From a virus: 64,000 nucleotides of DNA. The DNA lies in IMG/VR virus record IMGVR_UViG_3300029893_000005, positions 7,904 to 71,903 of that record. One strand, given 5' to 3'. How positions within the stretch are numbered: position 1 is the first letter of the stretch; every line of letters starts with the position of its first letter. This document shows, one piece after another, positions 9,440-18,400 of the stretch. The position numbers were made by a program, and so were the translations under genes. Below the pieces are notes generated by a model, which made no database searches, was not told where the DNA came from, and saw only the letters and a list, made by a program, of their open reading frames with translations.

Positions 9440-10600
9440 ATGGGACTCATTGATCCGATCACGGGCGTGACCACCGTACAGGGCGTCACCCAGCCCGACA
9501 CCAGCAGCATGGGGGGCGCCAGCGCCGTCCCCGCCTCGGTCTCCGCGGGTAACGCGGGCGCCGGGTCGGTGATGTATCCGGGCGCTACGCCGGCCTCTCC
9601 CTCCCCGAGCCCCGAAGTGGCCGCCCACCTGGGTTCGTCCCAGGGTTCCATGCTCTACGGGCAGAACGCCCCGCCCCAGGGCGAGCCCGCCGTCAGCGGG
9701 GTGCAGATCCCGCACTCGAACGTCGAACAGACGCCGGCTTCTGGCTACCACCAGCCGCCCCCGCAGCAGGTGCCGGAGTCGCAGGTGCAGGGCGTGCAGT
9801 TCCAGCAGCCCTACGCCCAGCAGCCGCTGTACGGCCTGGACCCCTGGCAGGCGCAGATGGAAATCTACGCCCTGCAGCAGGCGGTCGACCAGTACGAGAA
9901 CTACTTCCGCCAGTACGGCGAGATCGACCGCATCCTGCGCTCCGACCCGAGCAAGATGCAGCGGGTCATGGAGGTCATCCGCGGCGGCGGTACCCCCGAG
10001 CAGGTGCAGGCCGCGGCGGCGGAGGAGGCGGCCAAGCCGCCCAGCCCCGAGGCTCAGGCCGCAGGCACCGCCCCGCCCGTCAACTTCGCTCGGACCCCCG
10101 AGTATCAGGCGCTGCAGCGGGAGATCCAGAGTCTCAAGCAGGAGACCGCTGCGGCCCGCCATCAGGCCGAGGTGCTGCGGTACCGCAACCAGATGGACGA
10201 CATGCAGGCTCGTTACGGCCCCGCCTTCGATCGTCGTGCCGTGGCGGCTCACGCCATGCGCATCGGGACCGACGATCTCGAACAGGCTTTCGCCAGCCTC
10301 ATCGGACAGACCGTGATCTCCGAGGGGATGAAGAGACGGCAGCAGGCTTGGGCACAGGCCCGGCAGCCGCAGTACGCCCCTCCCGCCGCTCCGGGACCCA
10401 ACGTCATTCCCCATCCCGCCATGGTCGCCCAGCAGGCGCCGGCTCCTGCCGCCCCTCCCGGGGTCAGGGTCGAGCCTCCGGGTGCTCGTGCCGGGGTGGC
10501 GCCTGCGGCTCCCGAGCCCGCCCCCCAGCGGTCGCGGGACTGGACGCAGGTGACCAACCGAGTGGCCGCCGGTCTTCGGGCCGGCTTCGGCGGCGCCTAG
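9440..10600 (+). CDS. Putative capsid scaffolding protein
   Basis: Pro/Ala/Gln-rich with a central coiled coil, directly upstream of the major capsid gene. Confidence 0.6.
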   Translation: MGLIDPITGVTTVQGVTQPDTSSMGGASAVPASVSAGNAGAGSVMYPGATPASPSPSPEVAAHLGSSQGSMLYGQNAPPQGEPAVSGVQIPHSNVEQTPASGYHQPPPQQVPESQVQGVQFQQPYAQQPLYGLDPWQAQMEIYALQQAVDQYENYFRQYGEIDRILRSDPSKMQRVMEVIRGGGTPEQVQAAAAEEAAKPPSPEAQAAGTAPPVNFARTPEYQALQREIQSLKQETAAARHQAEVLRYRNQMDDMQARYGPAFDRRAVAAHAMRIGTDDLEQAFASLIGQTVISEGMKRRQQAWAQARQPQYAPPAAPGPNVIPHPAMVAQQAPAPAAPPGVRVEPPGARAGVAPAAPEPAPQRSRDWTQVTNRVAAGLRAGFGGA

Positions 10601-10636
10601 CGTAGGCGACTCTAGCAGAAACAAAGGAGCACGGAT

Positions 10637-11587
10637 ATGTCTCTCGATACCCTCTCGTCGGTGACCTACCGGGAGATTCTCCCCTACGTCGTCGATCAGG
10701 TTCTCCTGAGCAACCCGACGCTGGCGCTGATGTTCCAGAACACCGTCTTCCTCGACGGCGGAACGCACATCTCGCAGCCCATCGTCATCAACAAGAACTC
10801 CACCCCGGCCTCGTACAGCGGTGCGGATCCGCTGAACATGGCCTTCGACGACGAACTCACCTCGTTCGAGTTCAACTGGGCTCAGTATTACGCGACCATC
10901 GCGTACACGGGCCTGGACGATCTGCGCAACGGCGGCGAGAACGCGGTGGCCAACCTGCTCAAGATCCGCTCCCAGATCGCGGAGTACAGCCTCCGCGAGA
11001 CCATGGGCTCGGACCTGCAGGGCGACGGCACCGGCAACTCCAACAAGGCCATGACGGGCCTGTCGGCCGCGATCGACGACTCCACCAACGTGGCGACCTA
11101 CGGCAACGTGTCGCGCACCACGGTCACCGCGATCCGCGCCCAGTACAGCGCCAACGGCGGCGTGGGCCGCGGGCTCACCATCCCGCTGCTCATCACCAAC
11201 TACCAGAACTGCAGCAAGGACAACGACCGGCCGACGCACCACGTCACCACGCCCGGCATGTTCAGCCGGTACGTCCAACTGCTGACGCCCACCATCCGCA
11301 CGGGCGACGACGCCACGGCCAACATGGGGCACCCCAACGTGCTGTTCATGATGCGTCCGGTGATCGCCGACGATCAGGTGGCGACCACGCCCAACCACCG
11401 CTGGTGGATGATCAACATGCGGCACTGGACCTTCTACGTCCACCGCGCCCGCAACTTCATGTTCGTGCCCTTCGCTCGCGTGACGGGCCAGGACGTGGCG
11501 CTGGCGCACATCCTGTTCGCGGGTCAGCCGATCTGCGACCAGCCCCGCCTGCAGGGCCAGATCCGCGATCTGGACCCGAACGCCTAG
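10637..11587 (+). CDS. Major capsid protein (HK97 fold)
   Basis: DQVLLSNPTL...DGGTHISQPI...YSGADPL...FNWAQYYATI...L.GDGTG...GL pattern; strongly biased codons; AAGGAG SD. Confidence 0.85.
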   Translation: MSLDTLSSVTYREILPYVVDQVLLSNPTLALMFQNTVFLDGGTHISQPIVINKNSTPASYSGADPLNMAFDDELTSFEFNWAQYYATIAYTGLDDLRNGGENAVANLLKIRSQIAEYSLRETMGSDLQGDGTGNSNKAMTGLSAAIDDSTNVATYGNVSRTTVTAIRAQYSANGGVGRGLTIPLLITNYQNCSKDNDRPTHHVTTPGMFSRYVQLLTPTIRTGDDATANMGHPNVLFMMRPVIADDQVATTPNHRWWMINMRHWTFYVHRARNFMFVPFARVTGQDVALAHILFAGQPICDQPRLQGQIRDLDPNA

Positions 11588-11613
11588 TCTCGTAACGGAA
11601 GGACGGTCCTGAC

Positions 11614-11856
11614 ATGCACGGTTCACATCACGGTGAGATCAGCGGCCTGTCCTTCTCCTTCGGGCTGATGGGTCTCGGGGGTGACGAGGAGCGCATGACG
11701 CCTCCCGGCACCCCTGGGATGCCAGCCCACCTGTGCATGAACGAATGCGGGGAAGACCTGCGGCAGGGCATGTACGGCAACCGAGTTCCAGGCCCGCAGG
11801 AGGGCATGTTCCGCCCCAACGGAATCTGGCACGGGACCGACCCCGAATACGTGTAG
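11614..11856 (+). CDS. Small Gly/Pro/Met-rich hypothetical protein
   Basis: 80-aa ORF with GGAAGGA SD directly after the capsid gene. Confidence 0.55.
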   Translation: MHGSHHGEISGLSFSFGLMGLGGDEERMTPPGTPGMPAHLCMNECGEDLRQGMYGNRVPGPQEGMFRPNGIWHGTDPEYV

Positions 11857-11868
11857 GAGGAAACGACA

Positions 11869-12117
11869 ATGGGATTCGAAGCAGTTCCCGGCGAGGTCAA
11901 CTGGAACGGCAGCATGCCGCCCCCCGGCCTCTGGGACCCGCAGCGCCTGACGCAGGACTACGAGGCGAAGATGCACACCGCGGGCGGCTCCCTCGGCAAC
12001 ATGCACTTCGAGGACGGCTACAGCCACCCCGGCAAGGGGCCGCTGCCGGCCGGCTGGACCCAGACCACCGGCGTCAAGAACGACCCCAACGGCCTCGGCC
12101 ACCTCTGTGGCGGCTAG
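11869..12117 (+). CDS. Small Gly/Pro-rich hypothetical protein
   Basis: 82-aa ORF with AGGAGG SD. Confidence 0.6.
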   Translation: MGFEAVPGEVNWNGSMPPPGLWDPQRLTQDYEAKMHTAGGSLGNMHFEDGYSHPGKGPLPAGWTQTTGVKNDPNGLGHLCGG

Positions 12118-12159
12118 GGTCAGAAGTCTTCACCTGAAGTAAAGGAGCGATTCTGAGAG

Positions 12160-12690
12160 ATGGCCTACTCCGATATTCTGGGGATGAACCCCGCGTTCGT
12201 CACCAAGACGACGTACAACGACAGCCGCTCGCTCACGGCCCTCCCCCGTCTGGAGGAGGACACCCTCGGGCTGCTCCGCTGGCAGATCGACCCGAGTCTG
12301 GGCATCCGCTGCCTGCGCTTCGTCGGGGTGGCGGCAAGTTCGACTGCCGACGTGGCGGACGGCGACGCCCTGGCGTTCGACGACAAGTACAAGCGGAGCG
12401 TCACCAACGACGTCTCCGACGCCGATCGCAACCAGCCGGCAGGCGTGGGCATCGGCGCCATCACCATCGGCAACAAGGGCTGGATCCAGTGCTACGGCTA
12501 CCACGACGCCATCAAGACCAGCGGTGGCGACAACATCGTGGACGGCGATTCCCTGATCCTGTCGGCCACCGACAGGACGGTGGAGCGTGTGGCCAGCGGC
12601 ACGGCCCCCACCCACAAGATCATCGGCGTGGCGGTCACGGACGACGTGGACGCGGCCAACACCGTCGAGGGCTTCATCGAGTGCCTGTAA
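12160..12690 (+). CDS. Putative capsid cement/decoration protein
   Basis: AGVGIGAI..G..GWIQ.YG...AI....GD.L...IIGVAV pattern typical of cement proteins that follow capsid genes. Confidence 0.6.
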   Translation: MAYSDILGMNPAFVTKTTYNDSRSLTALPRLEEDTLGLLRWQIDPSLGIRCLRFVGVAASSTADVADGDALAFDDKYKRSVTNDVSDADRNQPAGVGIGAITIGNKGWIQCYGYHDAIKTSGGDNIVDGDSLILSATDRTVERVASGTAPTHKIIGVAVTDDVDAANTVEGFIECL

Positions 12691-12736
12691 GGGCGCTCTG
12701 ACCTACACAGAAAAATAACGTCCGGGAGAGTACAAC

Positions 12737-13357
12737 ATGCCAGTCACGGTATCCAAGGAAATCGAAGAGGCGGCACAGGACATCGTGTCCGTGGTCAACG
12801 TCGGGAACAGGACGATTCGGGAACGCTACAACGGCCGACCCTACGTCTTCCCCGGCAAGGACAACCCCGACTACCCCAACGGCTCCGTCATGCACATCCC
12901 CGCGGGGCGTGCGTGGCTCTGGTTCGGCAACCCTGCCGAGCGAGACAATCCGAAGGACTGGAACAACGCCTGTCGGATGCTGGAGAACCGCGTGGGGCGA
13001 GACCACTGGGAGTACCTGCAGAGCGGAGACTTCTACGTCCGCGAGTGGGCCGAGGCCTACGGCAAGGGCAAGGACTTCTACCGCGGGGCGCTCCCGGACG
13101 AGTCGGAGATCGAAGTCACCGCAACCCCTCTCGATGAGGACTTCGTGGCAGGCGGGCTCTCCTTGGAGGACGCGCTGCGGCTGGCGGAGGCCGACAGCCA
13201 GCCGGTGACGGCGGACGACCTGCTCAACCAGCGCGTGCGGACCAAGGGCGTGGCCAAGCCGGCCAACGTCAAGGGCCCCGACCTGAACGACGCCGCGGAC
13301 ATCGCCGTGGCCAAGGCCGCCGGCATGGCGGAACTGGCCTCGGGCAAGCACAGGTAG
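12737..13357 (+). CDS. Hypothetical head-module protein
   Basis: 206-aa ORF with SD and biased codons. Confidence 0.55.
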   Translation: MPVTVSKEIEEAAQDIVSVVNVGNRTIRERYNGRPYVFPGKDNPDYPNGSVMHIPAGRAWLWFGNPAERDNPKDWNNACRMLENRVGRDHWEYLQSGDFYVREWAEAYGKGKDFYRGALPDESEIEVTATPLDEDFVAGGLSLEDALRLAEADSQPVTADDLLNQRVRTKGVAKPANVKGPDLNDAADIAVAKAAGMAELASGKHR

Positions 13358-13373
13358 AGAGGAGCACAGCGGT

Positions 13374-13496
13374 ATGGTCAAGGGCGGTTTCGTCCCCTTC
13401 GGTAAGGGCGACCCCAAGAAGGACGCCAAGAAGAAGGACAAGAAGGACGCCAAGAAGTCGGCGCGGACGGCTGTCAAGAAGTCGTACCGCAAGTAG
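13374..13496 (+). CDS. 40-aa Lys-rich basic peptide (MVKGGFVPFGKGDPKKDAKKKDKKDAKKSARTAVKKSYRK)
   Basis: Translated by hand (not in the track). GAGAGGAG SD 9 nt upstream; uses AAG codons like the neighbouring genes. Confidence 0.7.
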   Translation: MVKGGFVPFGKGDPKKDAKKKDKKDAKKSARTAVKKSYRK

Positions 13497-13541
13497 CGCC
13501 CGAGAGACACCGAAGCCTCGCGACGGTATCTCGGCAACCGG

Positions 13542-13566
13542 AGGGCGGCTCGCGAGGGCCGCCTTT
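13542..13566 (+). terminator. GC-rich hairpin with GCGA tetraloop and short T tract, between head and tail genes
   Basis: AGGGCGGCTC-GCGA-GGGCCGCCTTT; a second imperfect hairpin lies at 13500-13534. Confidence 0.45.
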
Positions 13567-13589
13567 CGCTATCTCCGCGGAGGAAGTAG

Positions 13590-14249
13590 ATGCCCGCAGC
13601 CCCCCAGCCGATTCGCCTCGTCGACCTGCGCCAGCGGGCGCTGGCGTTCATCAACGAGTCCGACACCGACAGCCACTACGCGGCGTCGGTCGTCAACGGC
13701 TACCTCAACGACGCCTACCAGGAGATGATTGCCACCAATCCCAACACCGCCATCGAGGATATCTGGACGTTCAAGACGCAGGTGGGGAAGCGGGAATACC
13801 CCCTGCCCACGGGCTTCTTGAAGATGGGGCGGCTGTTCTACGACGGGCATCGGGTGCAGCCGGGCAGCACGCGGGACATGACCTTCTGGACGTCGACCAA
13901 CGGCTGGGTGACGCTGTACGACATCTGGGGAGGGAACCTGCTGCTGGGCCCCTCCCCTCCCTCGGAGGCCAGGACGGTCACGGCCTACATCTTCCGCGAG
14001 CCGGCCTTGATGACCGACGATGATGACGAGCCCGAGGGCGTCCCTAACTTCTTGCGGCCGGGGCTGTACTACTACGCCATCGCCATGCTGGTGTCACACG
14101 AGGGGGACCCCACCGGCACCGACACCAAGATGATGGCTCGCTTCAAGGAGTACACCAAGCGGTACGTGGAGTGGCGCCTCTACAGCGGGCGGGACGAGTA
14201 CGCCGTGGTGCGGGACGTCCGCGACGTCAACGAGGACTGGTTCCTGTAG
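13590..14249 (+). CDS. Head-tail adaptor / tail tubular protein A-like
   Basis: L.DLRQR...YLNDAYQE...EYPLP.GF....L.YYA pattern; precedes the nozzle. Confidence 0.65.
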   Translation: MPAAPQPIRLVDLRQRALAFINESDTDSHYAASVVNGYLNDAYQEMIATNPNTAIEDIWTFKTQVGKREYPLPTGFLKMGRLFYDGHRVQPGSTRDMTFWTSTNGWVTLYDIWGGNLLLGPSPPSEARTVTAYIFREPALMTDDDDEPEGVPNFLRPGLYYYAIAMLVSHEGDPTGTDTKMMARFKEYTKRYVEWRLYSGRDEYAVVRDVRDVNEDWFL

Positions 14250-16604
14250 ATGAGGGGCGCATTCCGCGGGCCGCATCAACTCTGGGCTCTCTCGAACTTC
14301 ACGGGCGGGGAGACTTTCTTGCAGCGCGAGGATCGGGAAGCCGAGATCATGGTCAACTTCGAGTTGATGCGGGACGGCTACCTCACCAACCGCCTGGGTA
14401 CCACGCGGCTCAACGCCAATGATATCGGCGCCGAGATGATCGTGGGCATGGATTTGGTAGGGCAGACCAAGGTGCTGATCGCCAAGTCCGGCACCACCTT
14501 CTACTACGGAGACATCAACCCCACCATCACGTTCTCCTCGTTTACCGTGCCCAAGTCCCCAGGTAGCGATCCCGTGCGTTTCGCCAGCGCAGGCGATGCC
14601 CGAGCCTACTACATGGTGAACAAGAACTTCACCGGCGTAGTCAAGTGGGACGGAGCCAGTGGCTCCGCTTCGGTGGTTTCCGGCTCTCCTGTGGGGGAGT
14701 ACATCTCGCATTACAACAAAGTCATGTACGTTGCGGGGGACCCTGCGCATCCGAACCGCCTGTACCACAGCGACGCCGCTGCCTACGATTCGTGGCCGGC
14801 CCTCAATTACATCGACATCTCTCCGCGGCACGGCTTCATCACTGGCATGGTCAATCAGCCGGGCCAACTCATCGTTTTCTGTGAGCGGGCCATCCTGACG
14901 CTGCGGGGGCAGCCGCCTCTGCGCTACAACCTCGACGCGGTACATGAGTATGTCGGGTGCGACCATCCCGCCAGCCTCAGTTCCTTCGGCTCGGTCTCGG
15001 TGTTCCGCTTTCGTGGCAACCTGATTCAGTTATCCTCCACGGTGGAGGTTCTTTCCGATCAGGTCCGCGGGTACAGTCCGCACATCGCCGGGTCGACGGA
15101 CGTGAATCGTTCCTGGGGAGTGCTGACGCCGAACTACTACGTCCTGGCGCAGTCCACCAATCCGGGGAGTACGCGGTACGCTCCGTCTTCGACAAACCCG
15201 TTGCGGTTGTTCATCTACGACCGCACGCGGTACCAATGCTTCTACCGTTGGGCGTATCCGCCCGAATCCGCGGTAGGCCACTACGTCGGAGCGCAGGCGG
15301 TAGTGGCCGCTCCCGAGGGGCATGCCTTCTACATCGCAGGCGGGGACGGCAACGTGTATCGCCAGAGTCTGCGCCAGTGGTCCGCGGACTACAGTTACAC
15401 TACTTCTTCGGTATCTTTTACCAAGGACCGTGATATCTGGCTTGACGCATCCCAGGACGGTACCGGCCAGGGACCCACCCCGACTACGGAGGCGGCCTAT
15501 ACCGGGATTCTCGACGCTGACGAGTTGGTGGGGTTCACCATTACGACCGAGAATCGTTCGTGGTATGACCGCACCAACACGGGGCACGTCACCAGCGTGA
15601 CATTCAAGAAGACGGCCCCGAATGTCTGGGCCTACACCATCAACGGCATCGCCGCGGCCGGTGCCTGGGACGGCACCGTACCTTCGGCCAACGACACGGG
15701 TACCATCACCTTCACCGCGGGGGTGGTTTCGGATGTCAACGGCGGAGGAGCCGTGGCTTTCGACCTAGTGATCGGAGATGATACGGCGGGGGACCAGACG
15801 GTCAGCGTGGATTTCACGGCCCTGACACAGCCCAGCGCCGGTGGTACCGGCGACAGTACGGTGGACGCCGCGGATGCCACGTCCGCAGATGGGTCCGGCG
15901 CGATTTCGTTGGGGTTGACCACCGAGGCAGATTGGACCGGGGTGCTGGACTCCTCGGCCGCGGTGGCGGCTACCGCCGTGCAGTCGCTGGCTTGGTGGGA
16001 TCGCAGCGGAGTATCCCACCGTGTTGTCTTGACGTTGACCAAGACGGTGAACAACGCAGGGTTGGACGACACCTGGACCTACGCCATCACCGGGTTCACC
16101 GGGGGCGTATGGGTCGGCCTGACGTCGGGGGCGAGCACGGGTACGCTGACCTTCAACGCAGCGGGCGCCCAGACGTCTCCGGTCACTACCACCCTGGTGA
16201 TCGATGACGGGACCACGGGAGGGCAGAGCATCGACGTAGACTTGACCGGGATCACCAGCGTTGCGGGTGGCGGGGAAGACGTCATGGGGCAGTGGAGGTC
16301 GAGACGGCTGGATATGGGCAGTCCGTTAATCCAGAAGACCTATCGTCGCGTCCTGGTAGCGGGACAGGGTACGGCTACGCTGGCGACGCGGCAATATGGG
16401 GTTGACGGCACGCAGCGGCTCAACACCCTGTTCACCAACCAGAGCCTACCGCGGGACACGCGGCAGCCCGCCTTCAGCGGCGCCAGCGGATACCCCCGCT
16501 TCTCGGAAATCCAACTCGAACTGACCGGGACGGACTTGTGGGTGAAGGCCCTGGCCATGGAGTGGCGAGCCATTCGCTTGTCGGGAGGTAACGCACCGGC
16601 ATGA
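14250..16604 (+). CDS. Tail nozzle / tubular protein B-like with two inserted FlgE D2-like domains
   Basis: Beta-propeller-like body (NF...DG.L..R.G; YVAGD..HPNRLYHSD; ITGM...LIVF.E). The insertion at ~15483-16270 contains two flagellar-hook-like repeats. Confidence 0.7.
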   Translation: MRGAFRGPHQLWALSNFTGGETFLQREDREAEIMVNFELMRDGYLTNRLGTTRLNANDIGAEMIVGMDLVGQTKVLIAKSGTTFYYGDINPTITFSSFTVPKSPGSDPVRFASAGDARAYYMVNKNFTGVVKWDGASGSASVVSGSPVGEYISHYNKVMYVAGDPAHPNRLYHSDAAAYDSWPALNYIDISPRHGFITGMVNQPGQLIVFCERAILTLRGQPPLRYNLDAVHEYVGCDHPASLSSFGSVSVFRFRGNLIQLSSTVEVLSDQVRGYSPHIAGSTDVNRSWGVLTPNYYVLAQSTNPGSTRYAPSSTNPLRLFIYDRTRYQCFYRWAYPPESAVGHYVGAQAVVAAPEGHAFYIAGGDGNVYRQSLRQWSADYSYTTSSVSFTKDRDIWLDASQDGTGQGPTPTTEAAYTGILDADELVGFTITTENRSWYDRTNTGHVTSVTFKKTAPNVWAYTINGIAAAGAWDGTVPSANDTGTITFTAGVVSDVNGGGAVAFDLVIGDDTAGDQTVSVDFTALTQPSAGGTGDSTVDAADATSADGSGAISLGLTTEADWTGVLDSSAAVAATAVQSLAWWDRSGVSHRVVLTLTKTVNNAGLDDTWTYAITGFTGGVWVGLTSGASTGTLTFNAAGAQTSPVTTTLVIDDGTTGGQSIDVDLTGITSVAGGGEDVMGQWRSRRLDMGSPLIQKTYRRVLVAGQGTATLATRQYGVDGTQRLNTLFTNQSLPRDTRQPAFSGASGYPRFSEIQLELTGTDLWVKALAMEWRAIRLSGGNAPA

Positions 16605-17041
16605 GCAGCGGGCTGTATCCCCTTTTTAACCCCGGTCCCGGAGATTCCGATAAGGTGCGCATTGAGGGGTGCGAGCGGAATATCCTGGACCTCTACAAGA
16701 TCCTGGCAGGGCTATCCTTCGTTTCGATGGGAGAGGACGCCGAGTTCACCGCCCTTATGCAGGGCTCGGGGGCCGCTACTCGGGCGATGGTCACTTCTGC
16801 TGTTTCCGCGGTGGGAGACGCCTCGGCGATGGAGGCGCGGGGGGTCAGTCGCACTGAGGTACAACGGATGCTCGACGACCTGCGTAATGAAATTTCTCAG
16901 CAGGCCCGTGGAATCTCCCGCGCTGAAGCGCAGCGGATGGTTGAGGAGGCCGTTCAGGCGGCCTCTATGGTACAGGGGATCAGTCGCTCGGAGGTTCGTA
17001 AGATGATCGACGACGCCATGACCAGCGTCATCATGGATTGA
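16601..17041 (+). CDS. Coiled-coil tail protein with three G(V/I)SRxE(V/A)xxM repeats
   Basis: GVSRTEVQRMLDD / GISRAEAQRMVEE / GISRSEVRKMIDD. Confidence 0.55.
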   Translation: MSSGLYPLFNPGPGDSDKVRIEGCERNILDLYKILAGLSFVSMGEDAEFTALMQGSGAATRAMVTSAVSAVGDASAMEARGVSRTEVQRMLDDLRNEISQQARGISRAEAQRMVEEAVQAASMVQGISRSEVRKMIDDAMTSVIMD

Positions 17042-17051
17042 AGGAGGCAGC

Positions 17052-17378
17052 ATGGCCAACAGCCCGTATCTCGCATACGAAGGGTTTCTCCCCAACCCGG
17101 AGGCCAACATCGGCAGTGCGCTGCCGGCGGGATCTATCTACATCCTCAAGGAGATCGCCGTCAAGAACGACGGAGACGGCGTCAATCAGGCGGAGATCGG
17201 CACGAATACGCTGGCTACTCAGCCGTTAGTGGATGAGAGCCTGCCCCCCGCCGGTAGCGCCGGGAACTGGCAGGTGTACCCCTTCTCGACTGTCATGGCG
17301 GCGGGCACCCAGTTCCGCGGGTTAGCCACGACTGCGGCGGAGGTCTACGTCAGAATCTCGATGCAGCGGATCACGTAG
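17052..17378 (+). CDS. Small beta-rich tail structural protein
   Basis: 108-aa ORF with AAGGAGG SD in the tail module. Confidence 0.5.
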   Translation: MANSPYLAYEGFLPNPEANIGSALPAGSIYILKEIAVKNDGDGVNQAEIGTNTLATQPLVDESLPPAGSAGNWQVYPFSTVMAAGTQFRGLATTAAEVYVRISMQRIT

Positions 17379-17381
17379 ACC

Positions 17382-18029
17382 ATGGGCGCTTCCCCGCTGC
17401 AGCGGGCTTCTGTTGTCCTGGCGCAATGGCTGCATAACGCAGACCTCTGGTGGAGGTCGGGCACGAACTTCACCGGCAAGGCCGTTCACAACATCACCGC
17501 GGATCGAACCTGGACCTTCCAGAATCGTGACGGGACGATTGCCGATGATACGGATCTGGCTCTGAAGGCAGACGCTGTGGACAACGTAGTCCAGCGGGTC
17601 TTCAACTCCTTCGCGACCGTGGACACTGGCTCGACATTGATGGTGCAGGACAACACCATCCCGCAGAACGTCGAGGGCGACGAGTACTGTACGCTCTCCA
17701 TCACGCCCACGAGCGTCACGAACCGCCTGCGGATCCGAGCCAAATTCCATGTTTCGAGTTCGGTTACTAATAATATTATCATGGCGCTGTTCCAGGACAG
17801 CACGGCGAATGCGCTCGATGCGTCCTGGATCTCGCTTCCTTCAGACAATTCCTACGCCACACTGATTCTTGAGTACACCATGGTGGCTGGAACCACGTCG
17901 GCCACGACGTTCAAGATCCGCATCGGAGGTGTACTGGCAGGAACCACTACGATCAATGGCTTCTCGTCGGCGCAGAAACTCGGCGGAACCCTGCTCTCGA
18001 CCCTAGAGATCCTGGAGGAAGCCGTATGA
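17382..18029 (+). CDS. Short tail-fibre-like protein
   Basis: C-terminal VVQ...LSITPTS..N.L.I...TFKIR.G...TIN...S.L.I.E pattern typical of fibre tip domains. Confidence 0.6.
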   Translation: MGASPLQRASVVLAQWLHNADLWWRSGTNFTGKAVHNITADRTWTFQNRDGTIADDTDLALKADAVDNVVQRVFNSFATVDTGSTLMVQDNTIPQNVEGDEYCTLSITPTSVTNRLRIRAKFHVSSSVTNNIIMALFQDSTANALDASWISLPSDNSYATLILEYTMVAGTTSATTFKIRIGGVLAGTTTINGFSSAQKLGGTLLSTLEILEEAV

Positions 18030-18313
18030 TCCCCTGGGGCAAGCGCGTCAACATCCCCAAGATTGCTGAAGAACTCCGTGCGGTCGGGATCACGGGCCGC
18101 ATGAACGAGGAGGGATACCTCGCCCATCCGCACGGGCGCGACCTGACCCCGCAGGAGCGACAGGCCCTGCAAGCGGTTGTGGCCGCCCACGACCCCACGC
18201 CGCCTCCGGACAAGTGGAAGCAGCATCACGACCGCATCGACACTTACGGCCTGCCGGAAGTGAAGGCTCTCCTGAGGGAACTGCTGCGAGAGCGACTCCC
18301 TCCGCAGGAGTAG
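18026..18313 (+). CDS. Putative tail-fibre assembly chaperone
   Basis: Overlaps the fibre gene stop (ATGA); VVAAHDPTP motif. Confidence 0.5.
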   Translation: MIPWGKRVNIPKIAEELRAVGITGRMNEEGYLAHPHGRDLTPQERQALQAVVAAHDPTPPPDKWKQHHDRIDTYGLPEVKALLRELLRERLPPQE

Positions 18314-18319
18314 GGTTCC

Positions 18320-18349
18320 TCGACAGGGGGGCCGAAGCAGTGCTATACT
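18320..18349 (+). promoter_or_regulatory. Sigma70-type promoter for the ejection-protein operon
   Basis: TCGACA (18320-18325), 18-bp spacer, TG-C-TATACT (18344-18349). Confidence 0.6.
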
Positions 18350-18400
18350 GTAGCGGGCAGGAGACGGCTTCTGCGCCCGCGGAGGAGTAGGTCGACGAAG

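Noticed and set aside
13500-13566. Possible riboswitch in the two-hairpin leader before the tail genes
   Set aside because: No known aptamer consensus; a terminator or processing hairpin is the simpler explanation.
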